NCBI RefSeq assembly: GCF_036971445.1
Contig: NC_091469.1
Span: 446,834,001 to 446,898,000, forward strand
DNA length: 64,000 nt
Direction of reading: 5' to 3'
Source: Narcine bancroftii
Lineage: Eukaryota
Both the position numbers and the translations under genes were made by a program. The first letter of the stretch is position 1. The number at the start of each line of letters is the position of its first letter. Shown here piece by piece: positions 1 through 13,461 of this stretch. The notes under the pieces were generated by a model that was given only the letters and a program-made list of their open reading frames with translations, was not told the DNA's origin and searched no databases.

Positions 1-50
1 CCCTCCATAAATCTTCGTCCGCGAAGCCAAGCCAAAGAAAGAAAGAAGAA
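1..50 (+). mobile_element. RTE LINE 3' terminus
   Basis: CCCTCCATAAATCTTCGTCCGCGAAGCCAAGCCAAAGAAAGAAAGAAG matches the 3' ends at about 11011-11056 and 38461-38500. Confidence 0.85.
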
Positions 51-985
51 TATAGGGAGCCTAATACCTGTTGGAAAAACAACTGTTCTTGAACCTGGAT
101 GGGCTGGATTTCAGTCTTCTGTCTGAAAGTATCAGGGAGAAGAGATTGTGGTCCTTTATGTTGTTGGATACCTACTTGAGACAGCATAGATATCTTCAAT
201 GGATGGGATGTTGGTCCCTGTGATGGACCCAACTAGATTAACCACTTTCTGCAGCCCTGTGCATTCCGTAGTACTCAAGGTTCCAAACCAGGTCATGCTG
301 CAGCCAGTCAGTATACTTTCCACAGTCCACCTATTGAAGTTCAATAGAGTATTCAATAACATGTTGAATCCTCTCAGAGTCCTGAGAAATAAGAGACAAT
401 GGTGGGCCTTCTTCACGTTTGCATAGTTCCAGGATGGGCGATCCAGAGCAGAGTGCAGAAGAAAGAAAGAGCAACTTGTGGCTTGGTGCCCAAACTACAA
501 CCTCTCCCTCAATGTCAGCAAGACTATAAAGAGCTGGTTAGAGATTTCCAGAAGGTAGGTGGAACTCACTCCCTAGTCTGCATCAATGGTGTGGAGGTGG
601 TGACAGCTTTAAGTTCCTTGAGGTAAACATCTCCAGTGATTTGTCCTGGTCCACCCATAGCTGATGCAATGGCCAAGAAAGCCCGTCGGCATCTCTACTT
701 CCTCAGAAGCTTGAGCAAATTTGGAATGTTAACAAGATCCCTTCATAATTTCTACAGGTGCACCACTGACTGCATCTTGTCAGGGTGGATCACCGTGACA
801 ACATCATAACTGCTCATCACACACCTACCCCTCCATCTCAAACTCCTGCTGTCTTGGAAATGCAGTCAACATATTGAAAGATTTGTATCACTCCGGCTAC
901 ATTCTCTTCAACACATCTCCCTCCCAACTAGGAAGAAGATTCATGAGATTCAAGGACAGTTTCTTTCCAGCTGTTAGCAGGAATG
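51..985. mobile_element. Two Rex1/L2-like LINE 3' fragments in opposite orientations
   Basis: ORF 156-416 (ESILTGCSMTWFG...LQKVV) and plus-strand KELVRDF motif. Confidence 0.65.
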
Positions 986-1284
986 GCAAAACAGAAAAAT
1001 TATGTCACCTATGCTCCACAACAACTGATTGTTTCATGTAACTCTTCACTTTTATTCTGTGTCTTACTTATACTATTTATGAGGAGTCCACTGGTTTACT
1101 CGCAAAACCTCTATCACTGCACCTTGATACATGAAACAATAAACTTGAGCATAAATCTAGACACCAGGCACTTGAAGGTACCAACTTTAACCACCACTGC
1201 CCCATGAGCCTTTTAGATATTTATAACAAATCTGCCTGTTTATCCTTGCTTATAAGAGAGACAATCTGCTGCTCTTGATCTGCA

Positions 1285-1410
1285 CCATACCTTGATGAAG
1301 GGCTCATGCTCGAAACGTCAGTTATCTATTTTTATCTTTGCTGTATGAAGGACCTGCTGAGCCTCTCCAGTATTGTGTTTTTACTCCAACCACGATGTCT
1401 GCAGACTTGC
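1285..1410 (+). mobile_element. Penelope pLTR fragment with a hammerhead-like motif
   Basis: CCTTGATGAAGGGCTCATGCTCGAAACGTC followed by the same downstream CTGCTGAG..TCTCCAG tail. Confidence 0.7.
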
Positions 1411-3301
1411 GTGTTGTAGTTCTTGTTCTGCCCTGTGCGACCTCTCACTCCAGTATAACGACACAAGCCATTCAGTTGCATTAAATAAAAATCGGCAGAG
1501 AATTGCAGTAATTCAGCAATGTCTGTCACCAACATCTCTTGGTAACCAGGGGAGAGAGATGTACTCTATCTTGCCAGCAATGTCTCCAGTCAAAGAAAAA
1601 TAATTAAAAGTTTTGAAAGTGGCCATGGTCTGGATTTCTGCACATAAAAGAGGTGGAAATGGAATCAATCAGTACCATCAACAGAGAATTGGAAAGACAG
1701 TAGAGAGCAAGTAATTTATGGGGCAGTTAGGAAAGATGAAGAGTAATGACCAATGGTGCTAGCTGACTACAGCTCTCTGTGACTGCATTAATAGGCTTTT
1801 TTCAAACATTCCTGCTGTTTTATTTCTGCATTCACTATGGGACCTGGAAACAATATAGGGATGGCGTGAAGATGGTGATAAAATGATTTCATTTAAAAGT
1901 TAGACAGATTTGGGATACTGTATGTGTCAAGATAGTGTTTTTTGTGGGGGAGGGTGGAAACATGAGTTCTCACAAGAAAATAAGTGTACCTTCAACATTC
2001 ATATCTTCCACTTCAGTAATCAGGAAATCACTGTTCAGCTGCACTCTGTTGCCAAAGAAAACAATGGTTGCAAGGCAGCCAAAGTTGTGCCAAGTCACTT
2101 TGTACGTTCAGTCTTACCTCCTTGTCTTCATGCTTATTATTAACCAGAAAATTTAGTGTATCATACCAATGGTTTTGAATTTATTGGTCTGCACTTTACT
2201 GATTTTCAGTTTAAGAACATTTTTGTCAATAGTTGACATGGTCTTGAAGTTCCCTGTGCTACCCTAACACTAGCCACAAAAAAATCAGGAACAATCTAAA
2301 GATCTGTCTGCACTGTTAACACATGGTGATTTTGCACTAATTGCTACTGTGAACATTCATTTATCTATCCTTTTATATTTATTATCTCCTTTCCTGTATC
2401 ATGGCATATTATGGTTATTTTAATTTATACCATTGTTGTTGATGCATCTTCCATACTTGTGTGCTGTTGCAAGAATTTCTGAACATTGTGCTTATGAAGA
2501 ATGACAATATCTTCTCATCCTCTGGAATATGCACCTTCCTATTACGTGTACAGGGAAGATCCCTTGACTTCCAAGTATTTCGCTGTGCAAGTTAGATATT
2601 GTCAAACTATGTAATCAGCAAAATCTGAAATGATGTCATTGCATTAGGTTCCCTGCTGCCCACATATGCTGAACTCTACCAATGCCAGCTTTCCCTCGCC
2701 ATGCCAACTACTTTCCTAGTGCGACAAACATTTCCTGTTGCTGTATTAATAAGGAGTCACTATGGGTGGCAGAACAAATTCACAGTCACAAGCAAATGCA
2801 TCACAGTGGGAGGGTAGTTAGTGAATGCTCAATTCCATTTAAACAAGGAACAAAAGTTTGTGGTTTACATCAGCTTGATCTATTTGGCTTTGTGTGTAAC
2901 ACTCACAAGCCTGGGCTAACCCTGATCACATTATGAACTTGCTGTTAAATTGATTACATTCCAATGTGCCTAGCAACAGTTCATAAATTTCTCACTATGT
3001 TACAAGTGACCTTTAATACTAATAATTAGTATGATTGATAGAACTGCCGTCAGCTTTTGGATAGTTGTTCACTTCAATTTGTCCAAACCACAATCATAAT
3101 ACATTGAGCAGATCTAACACAATGGAAACAATGCAGATCAATCAAAATCCACCAACCATATTAGAAGCCCCAAAATTTAGATCCATTCACTCCACAGAAT
3201 GCAGTAATCTTCATCCAATATGCTGCAGTCCAAATCCTCCCACTATCCAATATAATAAAGTCCAAACTCACCTACTCAGTCCAATGTAACACAGTCGAAA
3301 T

Positions 3302-3677
3302 CAGCAGTTCTCATCATTTTACTTTCCATTCACACACCACTTTCAGTCATCCCTATGCCAATGGTGTCCTGTGATTAGTAAGGGATGGCTTAAAGTGGTA
3401 TGTGAGTGGGAAGGGAAGGTTGAGAATCACTGCTCTAGACCCATTTGCTACTGAAATATTTTGCTTGAGAAAAATTGTCATTGGCCTAGTTCCTTTGGAG
3501 TTATGAAACTGTGCACATAACGAGTCAATGAGGTACAATTAAAACAGTGGTTTTTCAAACTTTTTCTTTCCACCCACAGACCACCTTAAACAATCCCTTA
3601 CTGATCACAGAACACCTATGGCATAGGGAATATTTAAAGTGGTATGTGAGTGGAAAGAAAAAGGTTGAGAACCACTG
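3302..3677. mobile_element. Composite hAT/Charlie-type MITE (two inverted ~130-bp MITEs plus a 112-bp spacer)
   Basis: TIRs CAG(C/T)(A/G)GTTCTCA...TGAGAACCACTG; internal TIR pairs; 8-bp TSD GTCGAAAT/GTCTAAAT. Confidence 0.85.
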
Positions 3678-4095
3678 GTCTAAATAGATGTAAAAGGACA
3701 GGAATAAGATATTTAAATTAGTGAGAATGTTGAATAATGTGAATGAATGGCAATTCCACCGTTATTTCTTTTTTCATTACACATTTCAATAGGGGTCGTG
3801 TGCCCCATGATGAATGGGATCAAGGTAAGTTTTTGGAATTTATTCGCCTTCATCTGCCTTCACGGCTGTTGAGTTAGAAGTAACTTTATCTGCTTGTTCC
3901 ACTGTTGAGGTCTTGGTTGGAATGTTCTTTGTCAGGGACCCCACCCTTGACCTTACCGCATGGGTGGCCCAACCAGGAAAAAAGCTCCAGACGGCATCGC
4001 TCTCAGGATCTCAGGACCACACAAGGTTCTCCACCACGACAAGGTGACAATCCACAGAGAAGTTCATTAGTACAGCAGAATAAAACACACTACAG

Positions 4096-4227
4096 CAGTG
4101 GTTCTCAACCTTTTTACTTCTACCCACATACCACCTTAAGCAACCCCTTACTAATCACAGAGCACCTATGGCATAGGGATTACTTAAAGTGGTATGTGAG
4201 TGGAAAGAAAAAGGTTGAGAACCACTG
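4096..4227. mobile_element. Monomeric 132-bp hAT MITE
   Basis: Perfect TIR CAGTGGTTCTCAACC/GGTTGAGAACCACTG; 8-bp TSD CACTACAG/CACAACAG. Confidence 0.9.
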
Positions 4228-5000
4228 CACAACAGGGAGTAGTTACTGAGAGATCTGTTTGAATGGAGAAAGGGGAACATTATTTCACTTGTGTGAGGTT
4301 TGTCAGGACTCTGAAAAAATGGGAAACAAACTGTCTTTGAATCTGGTATGATTTCCTACTCTTGAATATTCTTTCTGATGTGAGGAGGGAGAAGAGAGTG
4401 AAGCAAAGGCTGTTTGCTTATCTGAATCATAAGGAGATGAAAATGGAGGGGAGGGGTTTGCTGTTACGTTCTGAGCTGTGTTCACAATTCTCTGCCGTAT
4501 CTTGAAGACTTGGATGGTGCAGTTCCCAACCCAGTTCGAGATGCATTTAGACATAGGATACTCTCGATGATTCATCTGTAGAGTTGTTGAGGGATGCTGA
4601 GGACATGCCAAATCTACTCAGGCTTATGAGGAAGTAAAGGCACTGGTGTGCTTTCTTGGGTGTTGCATCAATATGGTTAGTCCAGGACAGGTCGTTGGAA
4701 GTATTGACTCCTGGTAACCAAATGCTATTCTATTACCTCCACCTGAGCACCAGTGAAGTGGACAGAGAATGCTACTCCTCTCCCTAAAGTCTATAACTAG
4801 CTCTGTGATCCATGAGCAGCCTCTCAAAGCACCTCATGATTCTGAATGTCAAAGCCTCTGGGTGGTTGTCATTGAAACTCATCATTGCATTATTTTTCTG
4901 TGGAGGAGTTGCACAGTTTGCCCATCCAGCCCACACAACAGAAAAAAATCCAGAAAATCTATCTCATCCCATGCTAAAAACAGTACAAATCCATTATTGT

Positions 5001-5245
5001 CATCCTATGCAACACAGCCAAACCCCTCTGCCCCGTCCAATACAACGCAGGCCAAACCCATCTGCCCCATCCAATGCAACACAGGCCAAACCCCTCTGCC
5101 CATCCAATACAACACAGGCCAAACCCCTCTGCCCCGTCCAATACAACGCAGGCCAAACCCATCTCCCCCATCCAATGCAACACAGGCCAAACCCCTCTGC
5201 CCGTCCAATACAACACAGGCCAAACCCCTCTGCCCCGTATAATAC
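5001..5245. repeat. Minisatellite, about 7 units of 33-34 bp
   Basis: Unit CCAATACAACACAGGCCAAACCCCTCTGCCCCGT. Confidence 0.95.
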
Positions 5246-5799
5246 AAAATCACAATTCACTTTTTCATGGGCCTTTGAAAATATTTTGATGTAACAAAAT
5301 TTATTGTGGGCAATCTTTCTACTTGTCACTTCCCTTTTCACATACAGTGCATGACTTCCTGGTACGGTTGCTATGTGTCTATTCAACAGCTGGTGGCAGT
5401 ACATATCTGAATGCCAGATATTTTACTGTAATAGATCTAATTATCCACACTCCACGCCTTCTTGCACATTTCCATAAAGTTATTCAATGTCATTTTTCAC
5501 GAACAGTGACGAGGCCAAGCCTCTCTGATCTATTCATCCAAACCTTTCTGTAACTAACAAAACCATGTGATCATCTGGGGAGATGAAAACCAGATAAACA
5601 AACAACCGTGGAAAACCAGCTTGGAAAATGCATTCATGCTCCTAGGGGATAAAACCTATTCGCCAAACCACTCTCTTCCTGAATTCTTGGTCATCCTGCC
5701 ATCTTCGCTTATCATATTCCACCATTGTTCTTATCTTTGGAAATCCCAGTTGTTAGCAGCAGCTCTGTAGCCTTCAGGAAGACTTCAGCTATTTAAGTG

Positions 5800-6625
5800 C
5801 CTCTCTGGATACTATGAAATGTCTCAATGGCCTCTAACATCAAAATGTTTCAGAAATCAACCACTGTGTGATAAACTTCCCCTCTGGTCCCATTTAACCC
5901 ACTACCTTCTCACCTTAAACTCATGTCCTCTTGTTTTAGACCTCAGCATGGGGAAAAAAAATACTATCCACCATCAGAGATTGATAGGTCCTTGATTAGC
6001 CAGGGCATCAAAAATTAAGGGGAGGCTGGGCAGTGGGGCTGAGTGAAAAAACAGATCAGCTCATGATTAAATGGCAGGACAAATATGATGGATTGAACAG
6101 CCTCATTCCACTCCTACAGAATGACTTATGGTTTTACCTAAAGTCTCCTTCTCAATTTTATATACCTCGATCTGGTCATTGCCCAGCATCCTTTGCTCCA
6201 GGAAAAATAAGTCGAGCCTATCCAATCTCTCATAACTAAAGCCCTTCAATCCAGGTAATATTCTGGTGAATCTCTTCTGAACTGTCTCTCTTATGCAATC
6301 ACATCCTATAGCAACCAAAACTGCACACATCTGGCCTAACCAGCATTTGGTATCATTGCAAATAATATCAGGACTCTTATATTCTATGCCCCATCCAGTG
6401 AAGGTAAGCATGGCATATACCTTCTTCACCACCCTGTTAACCAATGTGCAACTTTCAGGAAACTTTGAATACCTGTATGTACCCTAAAGTCTCTCTGCTC
6501 ATCAATATTTCTTAGAGCCCGACTACTTACTTTGTATATCCAACCTCTATTTACACTTGTCAGGTTTAAATTCCATCTGCCATTGCTCTGCCCAACTCCG
6601 CAGTTGATCTATATCCTGATGTAGT
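5800..6625 (-). mobile_element. CR1 3' fragments
   Basis: ORF 6103-6444: VQKRFTRILPGLKGFSYERLDRLDLF. Confidence 0.7.
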
Positions 6626-6644
6626 CTTCCAGAACCTTTGCTAG

Positions 6645-7268
<624 letters not shown>

Positions 7269-9551
7269 TAATGCATTCATATTACAACCATCTTACATTA
7301 TATCATGAGAATAGTTGTGCAGGAAAAGTAAAGCAGTGTCTTTGGTTCATTGATTATTTAGAAATCCGATGGCAGCAGGGAAGGAAGGAGCTGTCCTTTT
7401 GCTGTTGAGTGCTCATCTTTAGGCTCCTACTAGTTCAAAGTGAATGAAACCCTAAATCAAGTCATAGTTGTCTAATTGAATACTTTTTTCTGCTAAACTT
7501 CCCTTCTGAAAGACAATGGCAAAATCCACTTTAGGTAACAGACAAAAACAATTGGCAGCAAATTTAATTGAAACAAATATATTGAGGGCCTCATTGCCTC
7601 AATTGAACACTGGTTTTAAATACCTCTTGCCTTGTGTGAAATTCTAATGAGAAAGTAGCTGCATCATTGCATCTATTTGTGGCAGTGAATTGGGGGTAAT
7701 AGATCGCCCTCTGCATTTTCACACTTTCAACATGGTAATTTTCATCATTATAGTTCAGACTTTTCCTAACAAGGTTAAATCCCCTGTGAGGTTAGAAAAA
7801 TTCCAGATGACAGTGAACATCTTAGAATACACCCAGCACATGATGGATCAGCTACAAACTCAACTTTGTCAACACATCAATAATTAATTTGCAATTGTGC
7901 CTACCGGGATAACTGGTATTAATTAGCATTAAAATAGTTGGAGTTGTACAACATAGGAACAGGTTCAGGTGCATCTTGCCTATCCATATCAATCCATTTG
8001 CCTATGTTAATTACATGTCCCTCTGCTTTGTTCATTCAAGTACTTGTTGATCCTTCTCAAGCGTTTAAACTTTTCCAACTTCAACTGTCAGCTTATTCCA
8101 GATACCAACCAACTCCTCTTGGTGCGAAAAATTTAGTCCTCAGATGCCTTTAAACCAACTCCCTTTTTTACCTTGCGTTTCTATCTTATTTATGCTTGGA
8201 GTTACATTTCAGGTGTATTAGAAATGTCCTTGGAGACTAATCAGAAAGTCATTACCATGAAAACATGCAAATTCATCATATTCAATTTTCTTTCAACAAG
8301 TTGAACATTTTCTTTTAGATTGAAATCTTCCAGTATCTAAGTGATGCTTTTAATCTGTCATTCTTTGCTGATATCCTGTTGATGATGACTGAAGGGTGAT
8401 AATCTGAGGATTATAGGTGTTACCTATATGAGAGTTATGGCTCAGGGGGTGATCGGGGCACAGGAATGTGGATTGAAGCTCCAAGAGGTTTGACACAAAA
8501 ATCTGGACTGATAATTCAAATAGGTACCACAGGGGCATTGGACCATTGGAGGTGTCATCTTTCAAATGAGACATTCGACCAGATCACTTCTTTCCTTGAG
8601 AATGTGAGTTTTAAAATGTTGACTGGGAGAAAGGGAGACTAATCCCATTCCTGATCTTCAACAAGGCTAAGGCTGATTATGAATTCATTATTTAGCAAAG
8701 ACAGTAAAAGATTATTTACCTTTGGGTAAGGGACACGAGCCTGGTTAACAAATCCCAAAGGAATTCTAAGAAACATGCACTTGTAAAAGTTTATTTGAAT
8801 GTTCTGGAAAATTGGAGATTTGCCTGTATAAATGTGAGCCATGAGGCAGATTCCCTTGTGCTGAGTCTAGCTGCTTGTGGCAATGCTTCTTGCTGAACAG
8901 AGTTCTCACGCTTTGCAAAGTGAATTAAAAATTTTTTGCAGTTGTATTATTGTTTGTTAAGTAATCTTGTGTCCATTTTAACATCATTGGAATATCCCAC
9001 AGCGCCATACATCTTGATGTTTGATTTTTGTTCACAAATTGCCTAGCCTTCCACAGTACCACTGTGCAACACAAAATACTTCAATGGCTGTAAAGCACTT
9101 CGGAATGTGACATCATAAAAACTCCTTAGAATAACCAAAAAAAAACCCAGAATGTTTAGAAAACATCAGCTCATGCAATATCTGTCAGAATGCAAGTTGA
9201 TGTACATTCCCCCTTCAGTCGTCATCAACAGGATATCAGCAAGGAATGACAGATGCTGCCTGACCAGCTGATTCTTTTGCACCAGTATTTTGGTTCCCTT
9301 TCCAATCCCCATCTGTAAATCATTTGATTTTCTGTAAAAATATCTTCTTTCAAAGGACTTTGCCAAATCTTAGCTAATAATCCTCCTGCAAAACACCTGA
9401 GAACTTATTTAAAAGCTATGAATAATATACTGTTCTACTCTTCAGGCAAGGTCCAATCCTAACATCCTACATTTCCACTTCAGAGCTTCAAGCTAAGCAT
9501 TACCTTTTGAAATCTCAAGATCAGGAAAATATTCAAGACAGTTATCAGTGG

Positions 9552-11056
9552 ATATTCTCCTAAATAGAATAATACCTAGTGTCGCCGAGAATATTCTCCC
9601 AGAATCACAGTGCGGATTTCGCGCAAACAGAGGAACTACTGACATGGTCTTTGCCCTCAGACAGCTCCAAGAAAAGTGCAGAGAACAAAACAACCACCTT
9701 TGTTGACCACACCAAAGCCTTCGACACCGTGAGCAGGAAAGGGCTTTGGCAAATACTAGAGCACATCGGATGCCCCCCAAAGTTCCTCAACATGGTTATC
9801 CAACTGCACGAAAACCAACAAGGTCGGGTCAGATACAGCAATGAGCTCTCTGAACCCTTCTCCATTAACAATGGCGTGAAGCAAGGCTGCGTTCTCGCAC
9901 CAACCCTCTTTTCAATCTTCTTCAGCATGATGCTGAACCAAGCCATGAAAGACCTCAACAATGAAGACGCTGTTTACATCCGATACCACACGGATGGCAG
10001 TCTCTTCAATCTGAGGCGCCTGCAAGCTCACACCAAGACACAAGAGAAACTTGTCTGTGAACTACTCTTTGCAGACGATGCCGCTTTAGTTGCCCATTCA
10101 GAGCCAGCTCTTCAGCGCTTGACGTCCTGTTTTGCGGAAACTGCCAAAAAGTTTGGCCTGGAAGTCAGCCTGAAGAAAACTGAGGTCCTCCATTAGCCAG
10201 CTCCCCACCATGACTACCAGCCCCCCCACATCTCCATCGGGCACACAAAACTCAAAATGGTCAACCAGTTTACCTATCTCGGCTGCACCATTTCATCGGA
10301 TGCAAGGATCGACAACGAGATAGACAACAGACTCGCCAAGGCAAATAGCGCCTTTGGAAGACTACACAAAAGAGTCTGGAAAAACAACCAACTGAAAAAC
10401 CTCACAAAGATAAGCGTATACAGAGCCGTTGTCATACCCACACTCCTGTTCGGCTCCGAATCATGGGTCCTCTACCGGCATCACCTACGGCTCCTAGAAT
10501 GCTTCCACCAGCGTTGTCTCCGCTCCATCCTCAACATTCATTGGAGCGACTTCATCACTAACATCGAGTACTCGAGATGGCAGAGGCCGACAGCATCGAG
10601 TCCACGCTGCTGAAGATCCATCTGCGCTAGGTGGGTCACGTCTCCAGAATGGAGGACCATCGCCTTCCCAAGATCGTGTTATATGGCAAGCTCTCCACTG
10701 GCCACCGTGACAGAGGTGCACCAAAGAAGAGGTACAAGGACTGCCTAAAGAAATCTCTTGGTGCCTGCCACATTGACCACCGCCAGTGGGCTGATATCAC
10801 CTCAAACCGTACATCTTGGCGCCTCACAGTTCGGCGGGCAGCAACCTCCTTTGAAGAAGACCACAGAGCCCACCTCACTGACAAAAGACAAAGGAGGAAA
10901 AACCCAACACCCAACCCCAACCAACCAATTTTCCCCTGCAACTGTGTCTGCCTGTCCCGCATCGGACTTGTCAGCCACAAACAAGCCTGCAGCTGAAGTG
11001 GGCATTTACCCCCTCCATAAATCTTCGTCCGCGAAGCCAAGCCAAAGAAAGAAGAA
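9552..11056 (+). mobile_element. RTE (BovB-like) LINE, 5'-truncated
   Basis: RT motifs KAFDTV, GVKQGCVLAPTLF, LLFADD, FTYLG; C-terminal Cys/His motif; (GAAA/GAA)n tail; frameshifts and stops. Confidence 0.92.
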
Positions 11057-11494
11057 GGAAACAGCCTGATATGACTTGTTTTACAGTGGAATGTTTGTCT
11101 TGGGCTCCAAGAATTGAGTTGATTTGTACAAAGCTGGGAGAAATGGTTTTCGTTCTTCAACAACCTATTTGAGATAAAGGATTGATATGGGTTCCCACCA
11201 AGAGCAACAGGCTAAAGAAAATTTTGATAAGATTACCAAATCCAATTGAGTGGCAATTTAAAAAATGCTTAATAGTAATCACATTTTTATGAACCTAGGT
11301 GCTAACAAAAATGAACAATGCAAAGGACACAAATGTTTAAAAAGTTTGTAAACTATTAATGGTCACCATCCAGTTGTTCAGTTAAAAAATATATTACTGG
11401 CAATTTAAAATTACAAATCGAAACATTTGTAGATTCATCAACTTTCTAAAAAAAAAAATACCTGGGCTGGATGAGCAGAAATATTTATTTTGAC

Positions 11495-11702
11495 ATACAG
11501 CACAGTAACAGGCCCTTTCAGCCCTCGAGCCCGTGAAGCCCAATTACACTCAGTTAACCTATAATCCCAGCACATTTTTGAAGGGAGGGAGGAAACCAGA
11601 GAATCCAGGGTGAAACCCGGGGAGAATGTACAAACTCCTTACTGACAGCGCCAGGTTCGCTATTACATCATTGTGCTAACTGCTACACTAACCACGCCAC
11701 CC
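11495..11702 (-). mobile_element. tRNA-derived HE1/V-SINE-like SINE
   Basis: GGAGGAAACC.GAG...GGGGAGAATGTACAAACTCCTTAC core, also seen at about 14125-14375, 39115-39310, 57010-57190 and 62175-62400. Confidence 0.75.
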
Positions 11703-12449
11703 TAACATGCAGGAATTGTGCATATTTGGAGAGATTACTTACCTTGCCCTTAAGTTTGATCACGTTATTGGCAGTTTGACAAAATTATTAGTTATTCTCC
11801 CTTTAAGTTGAAACATTCATCATAAAAATATAATAAAAGCTGGAGGAGACCATCTGACTTGTTGAGTTTGCTCTCCAATGAAATAAAATTATGGCTGATC
11901 TGAATTTAATACAAATTAAATTTAATCTAAATTTCACGCATCTTCCCTAATCGTTCAAATGGACTTTTGTGATCATTTTTAATAAATAATAAGACTCACA
12001 CCTAATGTCTTAAATCAAGCCCCCAACTAACCTGGAAGAATTGCAAGGCTACTTACTCATCTGTCATTTAGATTCCTCATGGAGTAAATCTATTTTCCCC
12101 ATAGCAATTACTTAATTTCAAAGTATCTATTGGTTAAACATTAAAGCAAATTAATGATCATTGAAAATTATATAAATTTGAAATAAGTTTGCAATCTTGA
12201 CTTCAGCTTTACAGATACCACCATGTAACAGTGAATTTATGCAAAATTTAGCAACATTTATGCAGATCATACTTGAAATCTTATTTTCATATCTCCCCAG
12301 TTGGAGGAGCAGTGCCAGAAGACTGCAGCACTCGCCACATTGTTAATTCCTTCGATAATTTTATACGATAATGCAATCAATTAAATTAACTTCAGTACTG
12401 AGATAATTACTGGAATTAATTGAGAAGGACAGTAAAAACCTGCATTTAG

Positions 12450-13200
12450 AAAAGGAACCAATTAAGCCAGTGTGGGTTTATGCTATGGGTAAGCACTTTA
12501 AAGAAAGGATGATGAGGGAAGTGCGTTTGATGCAGCCTAAATGGATTTCAGCAAGAATTTCTCACTCTAGGCTGGTCAAAAATATAAAAGGCCATGGAGA
12601 TAGGGTGGTAAAAAAGGCTTTTGCTGCATCTGCCTTCTGCAGGTCAGGAGAGTAAGTGCAAGAACTGGGACATCATGTTTCAACTGCACAAGATGTTGGT
12701 GAGACCATATGGAGTACTACTTGCAGTCTGGTTGCCTAGTGTCAGGAAGGATGTCACCAGTTTGAAGAGGATGTAGAAAATATTTACAAGGATATTAACA
12801 AGGCAGATAGCTTGAGTTACAGGGAGAGCCCTTGATATGCTGGGGTTTTTCCATGAGTGAGGAATTACCTTAGACATACAATCTCATGCAAAACATAGAA
12901 TGGTCACAGTCATTATACCATGGTAGGGAACATAAAACTATGGACATGGATTAAGATGAGAGAAGAAGGTTTTAAGGGGACTTGAGGAGCAACTCTTTCC
13001 ATAGAGGATGGTTGATATGTGGAACAGCTACCATTGGAGGTGATACAGGTAGCTACAATCATAGCATTTAAGAATTTTGAACAGATGTGTGCCTGGGAGT
13101 GGTTGAGAAGAATGTGGGCCAAATGAGATTAGCTCAGATAGGCAACGTGCTTGAGCTAAAGAGCCTTTGTCCATGCTATATAACTCTCATGACTCTCTAG
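12450..13200 (+). mobile_element. CR1 3' fragment, old
   Basis: Degenerate similarity to 51550-52170. Confidence 0.7.
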
Positions 13201-13461
13201 ATAGTTTTTTGGAATCCCGGCTAATACTGTTCAAAAGTTTGTCTTCAAATTATTAGCTACAGTGAAATTCAGATCATGTACTATTCTTCTTAAAACACGA
13301 TCCAAAAGTTTAGAAACTTAAAAACTTATTTGCAGTTGATTGCTTTGATCAATTTCTGAAACACTGTACAATCCATGAACTTAAGAGTCTTGAGATATTT
13401 GACATCTTAGGTGAATAATATTTCTCCAGACACAATCATTGTTTATTTATATACAGGGTTC

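Noticed and set aside
3353-3538. Similar 61-aa ORFs at 3353-3538 and 58813-58998 suggesting a duplicated small gene
   Set aside because: Both are non-ATG readings of the composite MITE spacer and arm.
4769-5404. Several overlapping repetitive ORFs; superficially CRISPR-like array
   Set aside because: These are translations of a head-to-tail minisatellite with no unique spacers, in a eukaryotic context.
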